Source: Candidatus Parcubacteria bacterium
GTDB lineage: Bacteria > Patescibacteriota > Minisyncoccia > UBA6257 > HR35
Direction: 5' to 3'
DNA length: 64,000 nucleotides
NCBI GenBank assembly: GCA_026004535.1
Contig: BPJI01000001.1
Coordinates: forward strand, 143,915-207,914
The position numbers and the translations under genes were made by a program. Under the pieces are notes generated by a model. The model did no database searches. It saw only the letters and a list, made by a program, of their open reading frames with translations, and had not been told where the DNA came from. Of this stretch, positions 39,763 through 48,822 are shown piece after piece; within the stretch, counting starts at the first letter, position 1; every line of letters starts with the position of its first letter.

Positions 39763-41041
39763 TAATCAATTCAGCCTCGTCTTTCCCAATTAATGTTGGT
39801 AAATTTAAGATTCTTTTGGTTATTTCTTCAGCTTTAGGACAAGAACCAATTTCGTAATCAAAATTTTTTAAATTAGAACAAGGAGCCAGGACACAGTTAT
39901 ACCAATCACCGAGATAAATATTTTCTTTCTTAAATTTTTCTAAAATAAAATCTCGATTTTTCGTTAAAAACGGGAATCTTAAAAATATAGGCTCAATATT
40001 TGCGTAATAATTGGAAACAGATACAGAACCATCGGAACGAACGGAAGGATTATTTCTGAATACCCCGCTCCTTCCTTGTCCGCTTCCGTAAATTCCGTTT
40101 AATTTTTCTGAATAAATCTTCGCTATTTCTTTTCTTTGTTGATTAAATCTTTCTAATTTTTTTAATTGATTCTCTAATAAAGGAAAAAGTTGTCGGGGAA
40201 ATTTAGCTAAATAATTTTTTGGTCTTTGCCCTTGTTTTTCAATCAAAGAAATCATTTCTAAGGTAGCGCCTCTTGTTCTTAAAAATCTTAAATAAATTTT
40301 TGTCAAAAAATTATAATTCTTTTTAGCTTGATAAAGTATTTTGCCAGTAAAAAGAATTTTTTTAATTTCTTTTTCTTCTAATTCAGGTAACTTTTCATAT
40401 TCAGTTCTGATTTTTTCGGCTAATTCTTTATTATTTACAATCAAAGCTCCACCAATAATTGAAGAAATAACTTTATTGCGATTAAAACTTAATAAAGCAA
40501 CATTGCCAAAGTTGCCCAAATATTGATTTTGATATTTTGCACCTAAAGAATGAGTTAAGTTTTCAATAATTAAAAGATTATTTTTTTTAGCGATTTCTAA
40601 AATTTCATCAATTTTAGCTGGAATGCCAAAAGTGTTTTGAATAATTATTGCTTTTGTTTTGTCACTGATTTTTCTTTTTAAATCTTCAATGTCGAGATTA
40701 AAAGTTTCATCAATATCAACATAAATAGGTTTAAAGTTAGCAAACTTAATGGCATTAGGAACAACCAGACAAGAAAAAGCTTGTGTAATTATTTCAGCTG
40801 GGAAGTACTTGATCTGAATCGAGTCTTGTTCTAGTTCAGAGTAATTTTGGCTTAATAAAAATGTCAAAGCGCTTCTGGCAGAATTAAAGAAAAATATTTC
40901 TCCTTCAGGAAAATAGAGTTTTAAAATTTCTCTCACTCTATTTTCTGAAAGTAAAAAATTGAATGTTTTACCATTAATTAAATTTTGAATTATTTCATAA
41001 TCATCATTTTCAAAATTTGGCACTAAATCAATATGAATCAT
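39749..41041 (-). CDS. DegT/DnrJ/EryC1/StrS-family PLP-dependent (sugar) aminotransferase
   Basis: 430 aa; LSFNRNKVISSIIGGALIV matches the lysine-containing DegT motif; typical C-terminal domain. Confidence 0.65.
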   Translation of the reverse strand: MIHIDLVPNFENDDYEIIQNLINGKTFNFLLSENRVREILKLYFPEGEIFFFNSARSALTFLLSQNYSELEQDSIQIKYFPAEIITQAFSCLVVPNAIKFANFKPIYVDIDETFNLDIEDLKRKISDKTKAIIIQNTFGIPAKIDEILEIAKKNNLLIIENLTHSLGAKYQNQYLGNFGNVALLSFNRNKVISSIIGGALIVNNKELAEKIRTEYEKLPELEEKEIKKILFTGKILYQAKKNYNFLTKIYLRFLRTRGATLEMISLIEKQGQRPKNYLAKFPRQLFPLLENQLKKLERFNQQRKEIAKIYSEKLNGIYGSGQGRSGVFRNNPSVRSDGSVSVSNYYANIEPIFLRFPFLTKNRDFILEKFKKENIYLGDWYNCVLAPCSNLKNFDYEIGSCPKAEEITKRILNLPTLIGKDEAELIISLL

Positions 41042-41047
41042 TTTTTT

Positions 41048-42628
41048 TTATTTTAAATTTAATTTAATTCTTTCTGGTAATCTATTAAAAATCCAAATAC
41101 CAACCCGATTAAATTTTAAACTCTGAAGAAAAATTTCTAACTCTCTACTATTTTTAATCAAAAGAACTTTTTCTTTTAAAACTTCTTTAAAAACATCATA
41201 AAAATCATCTGAAGTTAAAATAATTTTGTCAAAAGCTAAAAACTCTTGTGCCAAATTTTTGTAAATTTCTTTTGTTTCTTTGCCAAGTTCTAATAAACCA
41301 TTAAAGATAATAACTTTATAATCAAAATTTAAAGTTTTAAAAAAGTTTATTCCTTCGAAAACTCCACGCGGGTTAGCATTATAAGAATCATCAAAAAGAT
41401 ATATATGATTAAATTTTTTCAATTTCAAAAATCCCTCAGGCAATTCTAAATTTTTAATTCTTTCTCTGTATTTTTGAATATCATCTATTAAATATATATA
41501 TGATAGAGCACCAACTAAATTTTCAATCTGCATCGGAAAAATAATATTAGTTTCAAAAACAATTTTCTGTCTATTTTTATTGTTTTGTGTCAAGGCTGTT
41601 TTTTGTGCAGTAAATTCAAAAATAGATCTTTCTAAATTTATTTCTTTGATTTTGTAAGAAAAATCCCCATCTTTACCATAAGTATAAGTTTTAATATCGG
41701 GACATATGATGTCCCGATATTTATTTTCCAATAGTTCAAAATATTCATGGTTGTTATTAATAAAAAGGATGCCTTTTTTTATCCAAGTTAAAATTTCCAA
41801 ACCCTCTCCTTGAATAATATTTTCAATACTCCTGAATAAAAATAAATGCTGCTTAGTAGTGCCAGTAATATAAGCAATATGGGGAGTAATATATTTTGTT
41901 ATCCACTTAACATTGCCTAAATAATAAGAGCCAAATTCTAAAATTAAATAATCATAATTTTCCATTTTCGCCTTGAGTAAAAATTTCAATAAAGCATATT
42001 CATGATTAATTCTTGGGGGTGTTGTCAGAACTTTATATTTTCCTTTTAAAAATTGAGTCAAAAATTCTTTAGTGCTAGATTTGCCATAACTCCCAACAAT
42101 GCCAATAATTTTAAAATTTGGATTTTCCCCTCTGATTTTTTCAATTTTATTTTTAACTTTCTTGCCTAAAAACAAAAGATAAGGCTTGACTAAAATATCA
42201 AAAATACCAATTGCTGCAGTAAAAACAATAAACTGGCTAATCCATAAAGAAAGAAGAAAAAATAGAAACGAATTGTTTTCAGTTATAAATAAAAAGATAA
42301 AATTAATTAAAAAAGCTAAGAATGAAATTAAAATTGCTTTAGGTGTAAAATGAATTTTTTTAATCAGATTAATTCTTAAAGCAAAAAGCAGAACAATAAG
42401 GAAAATCAAAAAATCAGGCCGAAGCAAAAAATTAAACTTAAAGAATAATGATAAAAATAATAAAATTAAAACTAAATATTCTTTTTTATTAAAAATCAAT
42501 TTTTTTGAACTAGGCAAATAAAAATGAGCAATAACTCGAGAATAAAGATAATCCTTAATTTGATAAAATCTCAAAACTCCGACTCCATTAATCAAAAAAA
42601 CAACTATTGAAAGAACCAAACTAATCAT
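41048..42628 (-). CDS. Mur ligase family protein (MurF-like) with an unusual ~170 aa N-terminal polytopic membrane domain
   Basis: 526 aa; IIGIVGSYGKSSTKEF Mur-ligase P-loop; downstream Mur-ligase middle and C domains; N-terminal hydrophobic helices. Confidence 0.65.
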   Translation of the reverse strand: MISLVLSIVVFLINGVGVLRFYQIKDYLYSRVIAHFYLPSSKKLIFNKKEYLVLILLFLSLFFKFNFLLRPDFLIFLIVLLFALRINLIKKIHFTPKAILISFLAFLINFIFLFITENNSFLFFLLSLWISQFIVFTAAIGIFDILVKPYLLFLGKKVKNKIEKIRGENPNFKIIGIVGSYGKSSTKEFLTQFLKGKYKVLTTPPRINHEYALLKFLLKAKMENYDYLILEFGSYYLGNVKWITKYITPHIAYITGTTKQHLFLFRSIENIIQGEGLEILTWIKKGILFINNNHEYFELLENKYRDIICPDIKTYTYGKDGDFSYKIKEINLERSIFEFTAQKTALTQNNKNRQKIVFETNIIFPMQIENLVGALSYIYLIDDIQKYRERIKNLELPEGFLKLKKFNHIYLFDDSYNANPRGVFEGINFFKTLNFDYKVIIFNGLLELGKETKEIYKNLAQEFLAFDKIILTSDDFYDVFKEVLKEKVLLIKNSRELEIFLQSLKFNRVGIWIFNRLPERIKLNLK

Positions 42629-42858
42629 TTAATAAAATCTAATAAATCTTTTCGGTGAAAATCGGCTTCTCGTAAAATTGTTAAAATCGTTCCAATAGGC
42701 AAATCTTTTTTAAGATGAGGAATCACTGCTCTTTTCTTTAGGCTCCTATTATACATTATTACATGACTGCCAGATTGGTGATCAATTTCAAATCCTTTTG
42801 AAATAAAAAATTTTATTAAAACTCCAGAGCTTATACTTGGCAATTTAGACATATTCAA
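42625..42858 (-). CDS. hicA: HicA-family toxin (mRNA interferase)
   Basis: 77 aa; ...KGFEIDHQSGSHVIMYN... HicA signature; paired with upstream hicB. Confidence 0.7.
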   Translation of the reverse strand: MNMSKLPSISSGVLIKFFISKGFEIDHQSGSHVIMYNRSLKKRAVIPHLKKDLPIGTILTILREADFHRKDLLDFIK

Positions 42859-43090
42859 TTTCTAAAGTTGTAATTAGAGATCTGAAATTTTTTGAAGCCT
42901 CGGGTATTTTCTCTTTGTGTTTTTTCAAACTGTAAATATAAGCATTAATAGCGTCTTTTGCCATTTTATAGGCTTCCTCTAATGTTTTGCCATAAGTAAT
43001 ACAACCCGGAAGATCAGGAACAAAAATAGTGTAGCCACCTTCTTTTTCTGGTCTTAAAATAATTTGGAATTCCAAAAACTTTCTTTTCAT
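42845..43090 (-). CDS. hicB: HicB-family antitoxin
   Basis: 81 aa; ...EGGYTIFVPDLPGCITYGKTLEEAYKMAKDAI... HicB/UPF0150 pattern. Confidence 0.7.
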   Translation of the reverse strand: MKRKFLEFQIILRPEKEGGYTIFVPDLPGCITYGKTLEEAYKMAKDAINAYIYSLKKHKEKIPEASKNFRSLITTLEIEYV

Positions 43091-43128
43091 TTTTCGTCTT
43101 TCGTTTTTAATATTTTTATATTTTATTA

Positions 43129-43818
43129 TTATACAATATTTTTTACAATTTTGGCAAATTCTTCTGGATTTTCTTTATGATAACTATGACCTCCAACAAA
43201 AGTTATTAATTTTGAACTTGAAATTAAATTTTTTAAAGTATGAGCGTCTTTAAAAGGAGTTATCTTGTCTTTTTCTCCCCAAAGTAAAATAGTTTTAACT
43301 TTGATTTCCTTTGCCTTTTCACTTAAATCTTGATTAATATTAGCCATTGTTTTTTTCATATTTTCATCAAAGAGAAAATAGTCATAGCTACCAACAAAAA
43401 TCCGATAAAACATTTTCTTTAAAAAGAATGATAATTTTTGAGTAAGAATTTGCTCTGCTGGTTTAAAGATTTTAGCTAAAAAATTAAAAATTTTTTGTTT
43501 AATAGTTTTCCTTCTAATAATTGCTGGTGCATACAAAATTAAAGTTTTTATTTTTTGAGGAAATCTTAATGAATAAAGCATTGCTAAAGCACCACCAAAA
43601 GAATGCCCCAAAAGATAAAAATTTTCTAAATTTCTTAATTTTTCTTCTAAAAAATTTAAGTAATCATCAAAAGTATAAGGCCTATTAATTGGAGTTTTAA
43701 ATCCCGGTAAATCAATTAAAATCATCTCAAAATCATTCTTTAAAATTTCAGCCACTTCTTTAAAAGAATCACTGCCACTTTTTGTCCAACCATGAATAAT
43801 AACTAAAAGAGGTTTCAT
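43129..43818 (-). CDS. Alpha/beta-fold hydrolase
   Basis: 229 aa; nucleophile elbow GHSFGG. Confidence 0.7.
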   Translation of the reverse strand: MKPLLVIIHGWTKSGSDSFKEVAEILKNDFEMILIDLPGFKTPINRPYTFDDYLNFLEEKLRNLENFYLLGHSFGGALAMLYSLRFPQKIKTLILYAPAIIRRKTIKQKIFNFLAKIFKPAEQILTQKLSFFLKKMFYRIFVGSYDYFLFDENMKKTMANINQDLSEKAKEIKVKTILLWGEKDKITPFKDAHTLKNLISSSKLITFVGGHSYHKENPEEFAKIVKNIV

Positions 43819-43860
43819 TATATTATTATAAATATAATATTATGATATAATGGTTATATA

Positions 43861-44070
43861 ATGGTAACCAAAACATCATCCAAAAAATCTGAAAAACTTT
43901 TTAGAAAGCCTTTTGTTATTTTGACCTTAAATTATTGGAAAAAAATAGAAAATATTTTAGAGGATTTTGAAATGCTCACTTCCTCTTCATATCGAAAGAA
44001 AATTCAAAAAGCACGCTCGGAAAGAAAGTTATATTCCTCAGATGAAGTAAAAGAATTATTAAACCTGTAA
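43861..44070 (+). CDS. Putative antitoxin of a RelE/ParE-type module
   Basis: 69 aa; immediately upstream of a RelE/ParE-like ORF; sequence alone is uninformative. Confidence 0.4.
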   Translation: MVTKTSSKKSEKLFRKPFVILTLNYWKKIENILEDFEMLTSSSYRKKIQKARSERKLYSSDEVKELLNL

Positions 44071-44083
44071 TATATTTATTTTA

Positions 44084-44341
44084 ATGGGTTATTGTTTCAA
44101 GCCCTCAGCCTTAAAGGACTTACAAAAATTGCCTAAACAAATTCAAAAAAGAATTTTAGAAAAATTGGATTTTTATGTCAGTAGCCCTAATCCATTAAAA
44201 TTTGACGAAAAACTTCAAAGTAAGGATCTAGGTGATTATCGCTATCGTGTTGGTGATTATAGGATAATTTTTGATTTCGATGATAAATTAAAAGCTTTAA
44301 TAATATTAAAAGTAGGGCACAGAAAAGATGTTTGTAAATAA
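44084..44341 (+). CDS. RelE/ParE-family toxin
   Basis: 85 aa; ...LPKQIQKRILEKLDFYVSSPNP...GDYRYRVGDYRIIFDFDDKLKALIILKVGHRKDV RelE/ParE hallmark. Confidence 0.75.
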   Translation: MGYCFKPSALKDLQKLPKQIQKRILEKLDFYVSSPNPLKFDEKLQSKDLGDYRYRVGDYRIIFDFDDKLKALIILKVGHRKDVCK

Positions 44342-44343
44342 GA

Positions 44344-46428
44344 ATGAAGTTAGAAGACTTAGAAATTCCTTTAAAAGAATATAAAGGCATTGGGCCAAAA
44401 ACAGTTTTAAAATTGGCAAAAAATAAAATTAAGACAATTAAAGACCTTCTTTATTTTTTTCCTTATAAATATCAAGATCTAACTCAAATTAAAAAAATCA
44501 AAGATATTAAAGTTGGTGAAACAGCAGTTATTGTTGGTAAATTAACCAATCTCAAGCTTTTTCCAACACCAAAAAGAAAAATGTTTATCTTGAATGCTAT
44601 TATTTCTGATGAAACTGGTAGTCTAAAAGTTATTTGGTACAATCAACCATTCTTGACTCGAACTTTAAAAGAAAACACTTTAGTTGCTTTATATGGTAAA
44701 TTAGTTAGAAATAGTTTTGGTTTAAATATTCAATCGCCAAAATTTGAAGTTTTAAAAGCAAAAGAGGATTTTCAAAAAAGAATTATACCTGTTTATTTAG
44801 AAATTGAAGGTATTAGATCAAATTATTTAGCTAAGGTTATTCAAACAGTCTTAGAGAAATATGAAATTGAAAATTTAATTGATCCTTTGCCTCAAGAAAT
44901 TTTAAAAAAATTTAATTACCCATCGCTAGGTCAAGCAATTAAAACATTACATCAGCCTCAGGATTTCGCTTCAATTAATTTGGCCAAAGAAAGATTAAGC
45001 TTTGAAGAACTTTTATATTTAGAACTAGCTTTATTTTTAGAAAGAAAAAATTTACAAAAAAACAAAGCACCAATAATTGAAAAAGATCAAGAATTAACAA
45101 ATAAATTTTTAATTCAATTTGATTTTGACTTAACCCAAGGCCAAGAAAAAGTTTTAACCGAGATTTTCAATGATCTAAAAAAAGGAATGCCAATGAACAG
45201 ATTGCTTCAAGGCGAAACAGGCGCTGGTAAAACTTTAATTGCTGAAATAATTGCTTTGAATGTCGTTAAGAATGATCTTCAGGTTATTTTTATGGCACCA
45301 ACAGAAATTTTAGCTCAACAACATTTTCAAAGATTTGTTAAACATTTTGCTTTGTTTGATTATGGTTTAGGTCTATTAACTTCAGGTCAAATTTTTTATG
45401 CTCGAAAAGGCTTTCGTGCTTCAAAAATAATTCAGGAGATAAATAGATTATTAGGTTTAGGTGAAATAAAAATTTTAATCGGTACTCATTCTTTAATTGA
45501 AAACCCTCTTAATTTTCAAAAGATTGGTCTAGTTATTATTGATGAACAACAAAGATTTGGAGTTGAGCAAAGAAGAAAATTATTAGCTCAAACAAAACAA
45601 GAATTTTTGCCTCATTTTCTGTCAATGACCGCAACGCCAATTCCTCGAACTTTAGCCTTGGCCTTTTATGGTGATTTAGATTTTTCCTATTTAGAAGAAA
45701 AACCATTTGGCCAAAAAGAAATTAAAACTTATGTTATTTCTCCCAAAAAAGAAAAAGCAATGTGGAATTTTGTTAAAAAAGAAATTAGTGAAGGTCATCA
45801 AGTTTTTGTTATCTGTCCTCGGGTTGAAGAAAAAGAAGATGAAATTGCCTCAGTAAAAAAAGAATATGAAAGAGTAAAAGAAATATTTTCCGTTCGTTCC
45901 GTTAAAATAGCGATGCTTCATGGCAAAATGAAATCAGAAGAAAAGGAAAAAATTTTAAAAGCAATGCAAAAAAATGAAATTCAAATTTTAGTTAGTTCAT
46001 CAGTTGTTGAAGTTGGCATCGATCTACCTTTGGCAACAGTTATTATTATTCAATCACCAGAGAGATTTGGTTTAGCTCAACTTTATCAATTGCGTGGCCG
46101 TGTTGGTCGAAGTGTTCATCAAGGTTATTGTTTTTTAGTTCCCCAAAAACTTTCATTGAAATCAAAATTAAGATTAAAATATTTTTTACAAGCTAAGTCT
46201 GCTTTAGAACTTTCAGAATATGATTTAAAATTAAGAGGTGGTGGTGAGCTTCTAGGCGAAAGACAAGCAGGCATTCCTGATTTAGCCATGAAAGCCTTAA
46301 GCAATCTAAAACTAATTGAAAAAGCAAGAAAAATCGCTGAAGAAATATTAAACCAAGATCCAAAAATTGAAAAATATCCAAACTTAAAGAAAGAAATAAA
46401 TAAAAGAAAAGGTTTGATTTTGGCTTAA
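44344..46428 (+). CDS. recG: ATP-dependent DNA helicase RecG
   Basis: 694 aa; wedge domain; Walker A GETGAGKT; DEQQRFGV; helicase C motifs. Confidence 0.9.
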   Translation: MKLEDLEIPLKEYKGIGPKTVLKLAKNKIKTIKDLLYFFPYKYQDLTQIKKIKDIKVGETAVIVGKLTNLKLFPTPKRKMFILNAIISDETGSLKVIWYNQPFLTRTLKENTLVALYGKLVRNSFGLNIQSPKFEVLKAKEDFQKRIIPVYLEIEGIRSNYLAKVIQTVLEKYEIENLIDPLPQEILKKFNYPSLGQAIKTLHQPQDFASINLAKERLSFEELLYLELALFLERKNLQKNKAPIIEKDQELTNKFLIQFDFDLTQGQEKVLTEIFNDLKKGMPMNRLLQGETGAGKTLIAEIIALNVVKNDLQVIFMAPTEILAQQHFQRFVKHFALFDYGLGLLTSGQIFYARKGFRASKIIQEINRLLGLGEIKILIGTHSLIENPLNFQKIGLVIIDEQQRFGVEQRRKLLAQTKQEFLPHFLSMTATPIPRTLALAFYGDLDFSYLEEKPFGQKEIKTYVISPKKEKAMWNFVKKEISEGHQVFVICPRVEEKEDEIASVKKEYERVKEIFSVRSVKIAMLHGKMKSEEKEKILKAMQKNEIQILVSSSVVEVGIDLPLATVIIIQSPERFGLAQLYQLRGRVGRSVHQGYCFLVPQKLSLKSKLRLKYFLQAKSALELSEYDLKLRGGGELLGERQAGIPDLAMKALSNLKLIEKARKIAEEILNQDPKIEKYPNLKKEINKRKGLILA

Positions 46429-46459
46429 ATTTATTCAGATTTTTTCCACAATTAAAAAC

Positions 46460-46488
46460 TTGACATTTAAAAAAATATTAGGTATAAT
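46460..46488 (+). promoter_or_regulatory. Consensus sigma-70 promoter, copy A of a ~55 bp duplicated promoter cassette
   Basis: ttttccacaattaaaaacTTGACAtttaaaaaaatattaggTATAATaatc. Confidence 0.6.
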
Positions 46489-46527
46489 AATCGCAGTTAT
46501 TAAATTAATTTTTCCACAATTAAAAAC

Positions 46528-46556
46528 TTGACATTTAAAAATTTTTTAAGTATAAT
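46528..46556 (+). promoter_or_regulatory. Consensus sigma-70 promoter, copy B (tandem duplicate)
   Basis: ttttccacaattaaaaacTTGACAtttaaaaattttttaagTATAATtttt. Confidence 0.6.
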
Positions 46557-46653
46557 TTTTAATGTTAAAAGGTCTTAATTAATTTAATTAAAAGGCGTAA
46601 ATTAAACAAAAGCCATCTTCATTAATACAAGATAGATGGCTTTAAATTCAAAA

Positions 46654-48642
46654 ATGGAAAAAAATAAAAAAGCAATCGTCGGTTTAGTTTTAACCTCTCT
46701 TTTAACTTTTTCAGTCGTTCCTTATTTTAGTGTTTCAGCAGAGACCTGCAATCCTGATGCTTTAGTTCCAGTTGCTTATGGTCAAAGAGGAACATCTGTT
46801 CAAAATGCTCAGGCTTGTTTAATTGAAGCTGGTTACGATATTCCAGCCGGAGCAACTGGTTACTATGGTTCTCAAACAAGAGCAGCTGTTAGAGCTTTTT
46901 ATGCTGATTGGTATGGAGATTGGAGTGGTAACAATTTGGGACCAAGAGGTGTTGCTCAGCTTAGATCAATGTTGACTTCTGCTCCAGCAGAAGGAACAAC
47001 ATCATCAACAGGAAATCAACAACAATCATCAACAACAAGTGGTGTTTCTCAAGATGTTTTACTTCAAGTTTTAGCTAAACTTTCTGCTGGTGATACAGCT
47101 GGTGCTTTAGCTTTATTACTTCAAGCTTTAGGTGGTCAAGCACCATCACAAACAACAACTACACAAACAACAACTACACAAACAACTCAGCAACAAGCAA
47201 CTGAAGGTTTCTTAACTGTTGAGCAAGATCCAACTGTTACTGGTGTTACTTTAAGAGAAGGTGAGACAGGCAAGGTTTTTGGTTTAAGATTTAGAGCCGA
47301 TAATGGTCCAGTTACTGTTCAATCAGTTTTCTTAAGATGGGATGGAGGTGCTGCTCCTCATAGAATTATATCTAAATTAGAGGTTGTTGATGATCAAAAC
47401 AATGTTCTTTACTCAAGAAATGTTGATTCAACAACCTTCTTACAAGATTCAAACTTAAAATACTATCTTCCGGTAACTGGTCTTAATTATCAAGTCCAGA
47501 CTAATCAATACCGTTCACTCTTTGTTCAAGTAACTGTTTTAAACACTTTGCCAACAGGAACAGCAGGATCACATAATTTATTCTATGTTGGTCAAAATGA
47601 TGTTCGCGGAAGAGATGGTTTAGGTATTGATCGATTTGGGCCAACTTCTCAGATTGGACCAGTTTCAGTAACTCTTGAGGCATCCTTGGCTGGTTCAGCT
47701 TACTGGGTTGTGGCTAGAAATGCTAATTCACCATTAGCTGGTTTCATTATTGGTGATCCTACCAATGGTAATGCTGATAAAGTTGTAATGCTCAAATTTG
47801 ATGTTACTGCTAAAAATGATAGTTTAAGACTAACCGAAGTAAGTGGTACTCTTTCTCCAGCATCAGCAACATCAACATTTAGAACTGTTTACTTAAGACA
47901 AGGAAGTCAAATCTTGGATGTCAGAACACCTGATGCTTCTAATGGTAACTTCACTTTCAATGTTGTTCCTGCTAACTTCACAATCAACAAAGACCAAACA
48001 GTTACTTTTGAAGTTTTAGCTGATATTCGAGGTGCTACTTTAACTCCAGTAACTGCATCTGTAACTATTACAGGAGTTAAGGGCTTGAATAGTCTTGGTG
48101 GAACAGTACCTTTAACACCTGTTACTCTTTCAATTGCGTCTGATGTAATGTCAGCAACAACTCGTGCTCCAGAAGTTCAACTTGTTAGTATGACAACCAA
48201 CTATACACCACCATCTCAAACTGCCTCTTCCTCTTACAGTGTTTCTTTGACCTTTAATGTAACACCAAGAGGAGGAACAATCTATATGGGAACAACAACT
48301 GCTCCAACAACATTTTTAGGTCTTCAACTTCAAAAAAATTCAGGAGCAACTTCAACTCCCAATGGTGGTGTAGTTGTTCAGCTCAAACAAGGTTCAACTG
48401 ACATTACTAATACTCAACCAGTTGGTTCAACCTCTACTTTGTATCAGCTTGCTCAAGATACAACTTATACTTTTGTTGTAACTGCTAATCAAAATGGAGC
48501 ACCAAGTGGTACTGGTTTGGGAACAGGTCTCTATCGCTGGATTGTAAATTATATGAACTTTAAACAAGAGGATACTGGTTCTAATGTAGCTGTTCCTGGT
48601 GTCTCTAATGTCTTCCAAACTGGTTACACCAATGTTCAGTAA
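46654..48642 (+). CDS. Secreted protein with N-terminal peptidoglycan-binding-like domain, Thr/Gln-rich linker and large beta-rich domain (paralogue 1)
   Basis: Signal peptide; AQACLIEAGYDIPAGATGYYGSQTRAAVRAFYADWYGDW (PG_binding_1-like); start at the second Met (MEKNKKAIVG) matches paralogue 2; the ORF track starts at 46636 inside a 5' hairpin. Confidence 0.7.
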   Translation: MEKNKKAIVGLVLTSLLTFSVVPYFSVSAETCNPDALVPVAYGQRGTSVQNAQACLIEAGYDIPAGATGYYGSQTRAAVRAFYADWYGDWSGNNLGPRGVAQLRSMLTSAPAEGTTSSTGNQQQSSTTSGVSQDVLLQVLAKLSAGDTAGALALLLQALGGQAPSQTTTTQTTTTQTTQQQATEGFLTVEQDPTVTGVTLREGETGKVFGLRFRADNGPVTVQSVFLRWDGGAAPHRIISKLEVVDDQNNVLYSRNVDSTTFLQDSNLKYYLPVTGLNYQVQTNQYRSLFVQVTVLNTLPTGTAGSHNLFYVGQNDVRGRDGLGIDRFGPTSQIGPVSVTLEASLAGSAYWVVARNANSPLAGFIIGDPTNGNADKVVMLKFDVTAKNDSLRLTEVSGTLSPASATSTFRTVYLRQGSQILDVRTPDASNGNFTFNVVPANFTINKDQTVTFEVLADIRGATLTPVTASVTITGVKGLNSLGGTVPLTPVTLSIASDVMSATTRAPEVQLVSMTTNYTPPSQTASSSYSVSLTFNVTPRGGTIYMGTTTAPTTFLGLQLQKNSGATSTPNGGVVVQLKQGSTDITNTQPVGSTSTLYQLAQDTTYTFVVTANQNGAPSGTGLGTGLYRWIVNYMNFKQEDTGSNVAVPGVSNVFQTGYTNVQ

Positions 48643-48665
48643 TTGTTGTCAGTAAATTCTCAGCA

Positions 48666-48702
48666 AAAAGCCCCCAAAACAAAAGGGGGCTTTTTGCTTT
48701 TT
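48666..48702 (+). terminator. Rho-independent terminator
   Basis: aaaaagcccccaaaacaaaagggggctttttgcttttt. Confidence 0.8.
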
Positions 48703-48743
48703 ATTAAAAATTGTTCTAATAAAAGATTTTTCCACAATCCCAA

Positions 48744-48772
48744 TTTGACATTAAAAGATTTTTTAGGTATAA
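48744..48772 (+). promoter_or_regulatory. Consensus sigma-70 promoter, copy C of the duplicated cassette
   Basis: ttttccacaatcccaatTTGACAttaaaagattttttaggTATAATttttt. Confidence 0.6.
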
Positions 48773-48822
48773 TTTTTTTAAATTGAGGTCTAAATTAATT
48801 TATATTTTTTATATTTTTTAAA

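Noticed and set aside
46636-46653. Upstream ATG start for paralogue 1 (MALNSK...)
   Set aside because: This ATG lies inside a 9-bp-stem hairpin (aagccatct...agatggctt). Paralogue 2 starts at the equivalent of the second Met (MEKNKK/MERNKK), so 46654 was chosen as the start.
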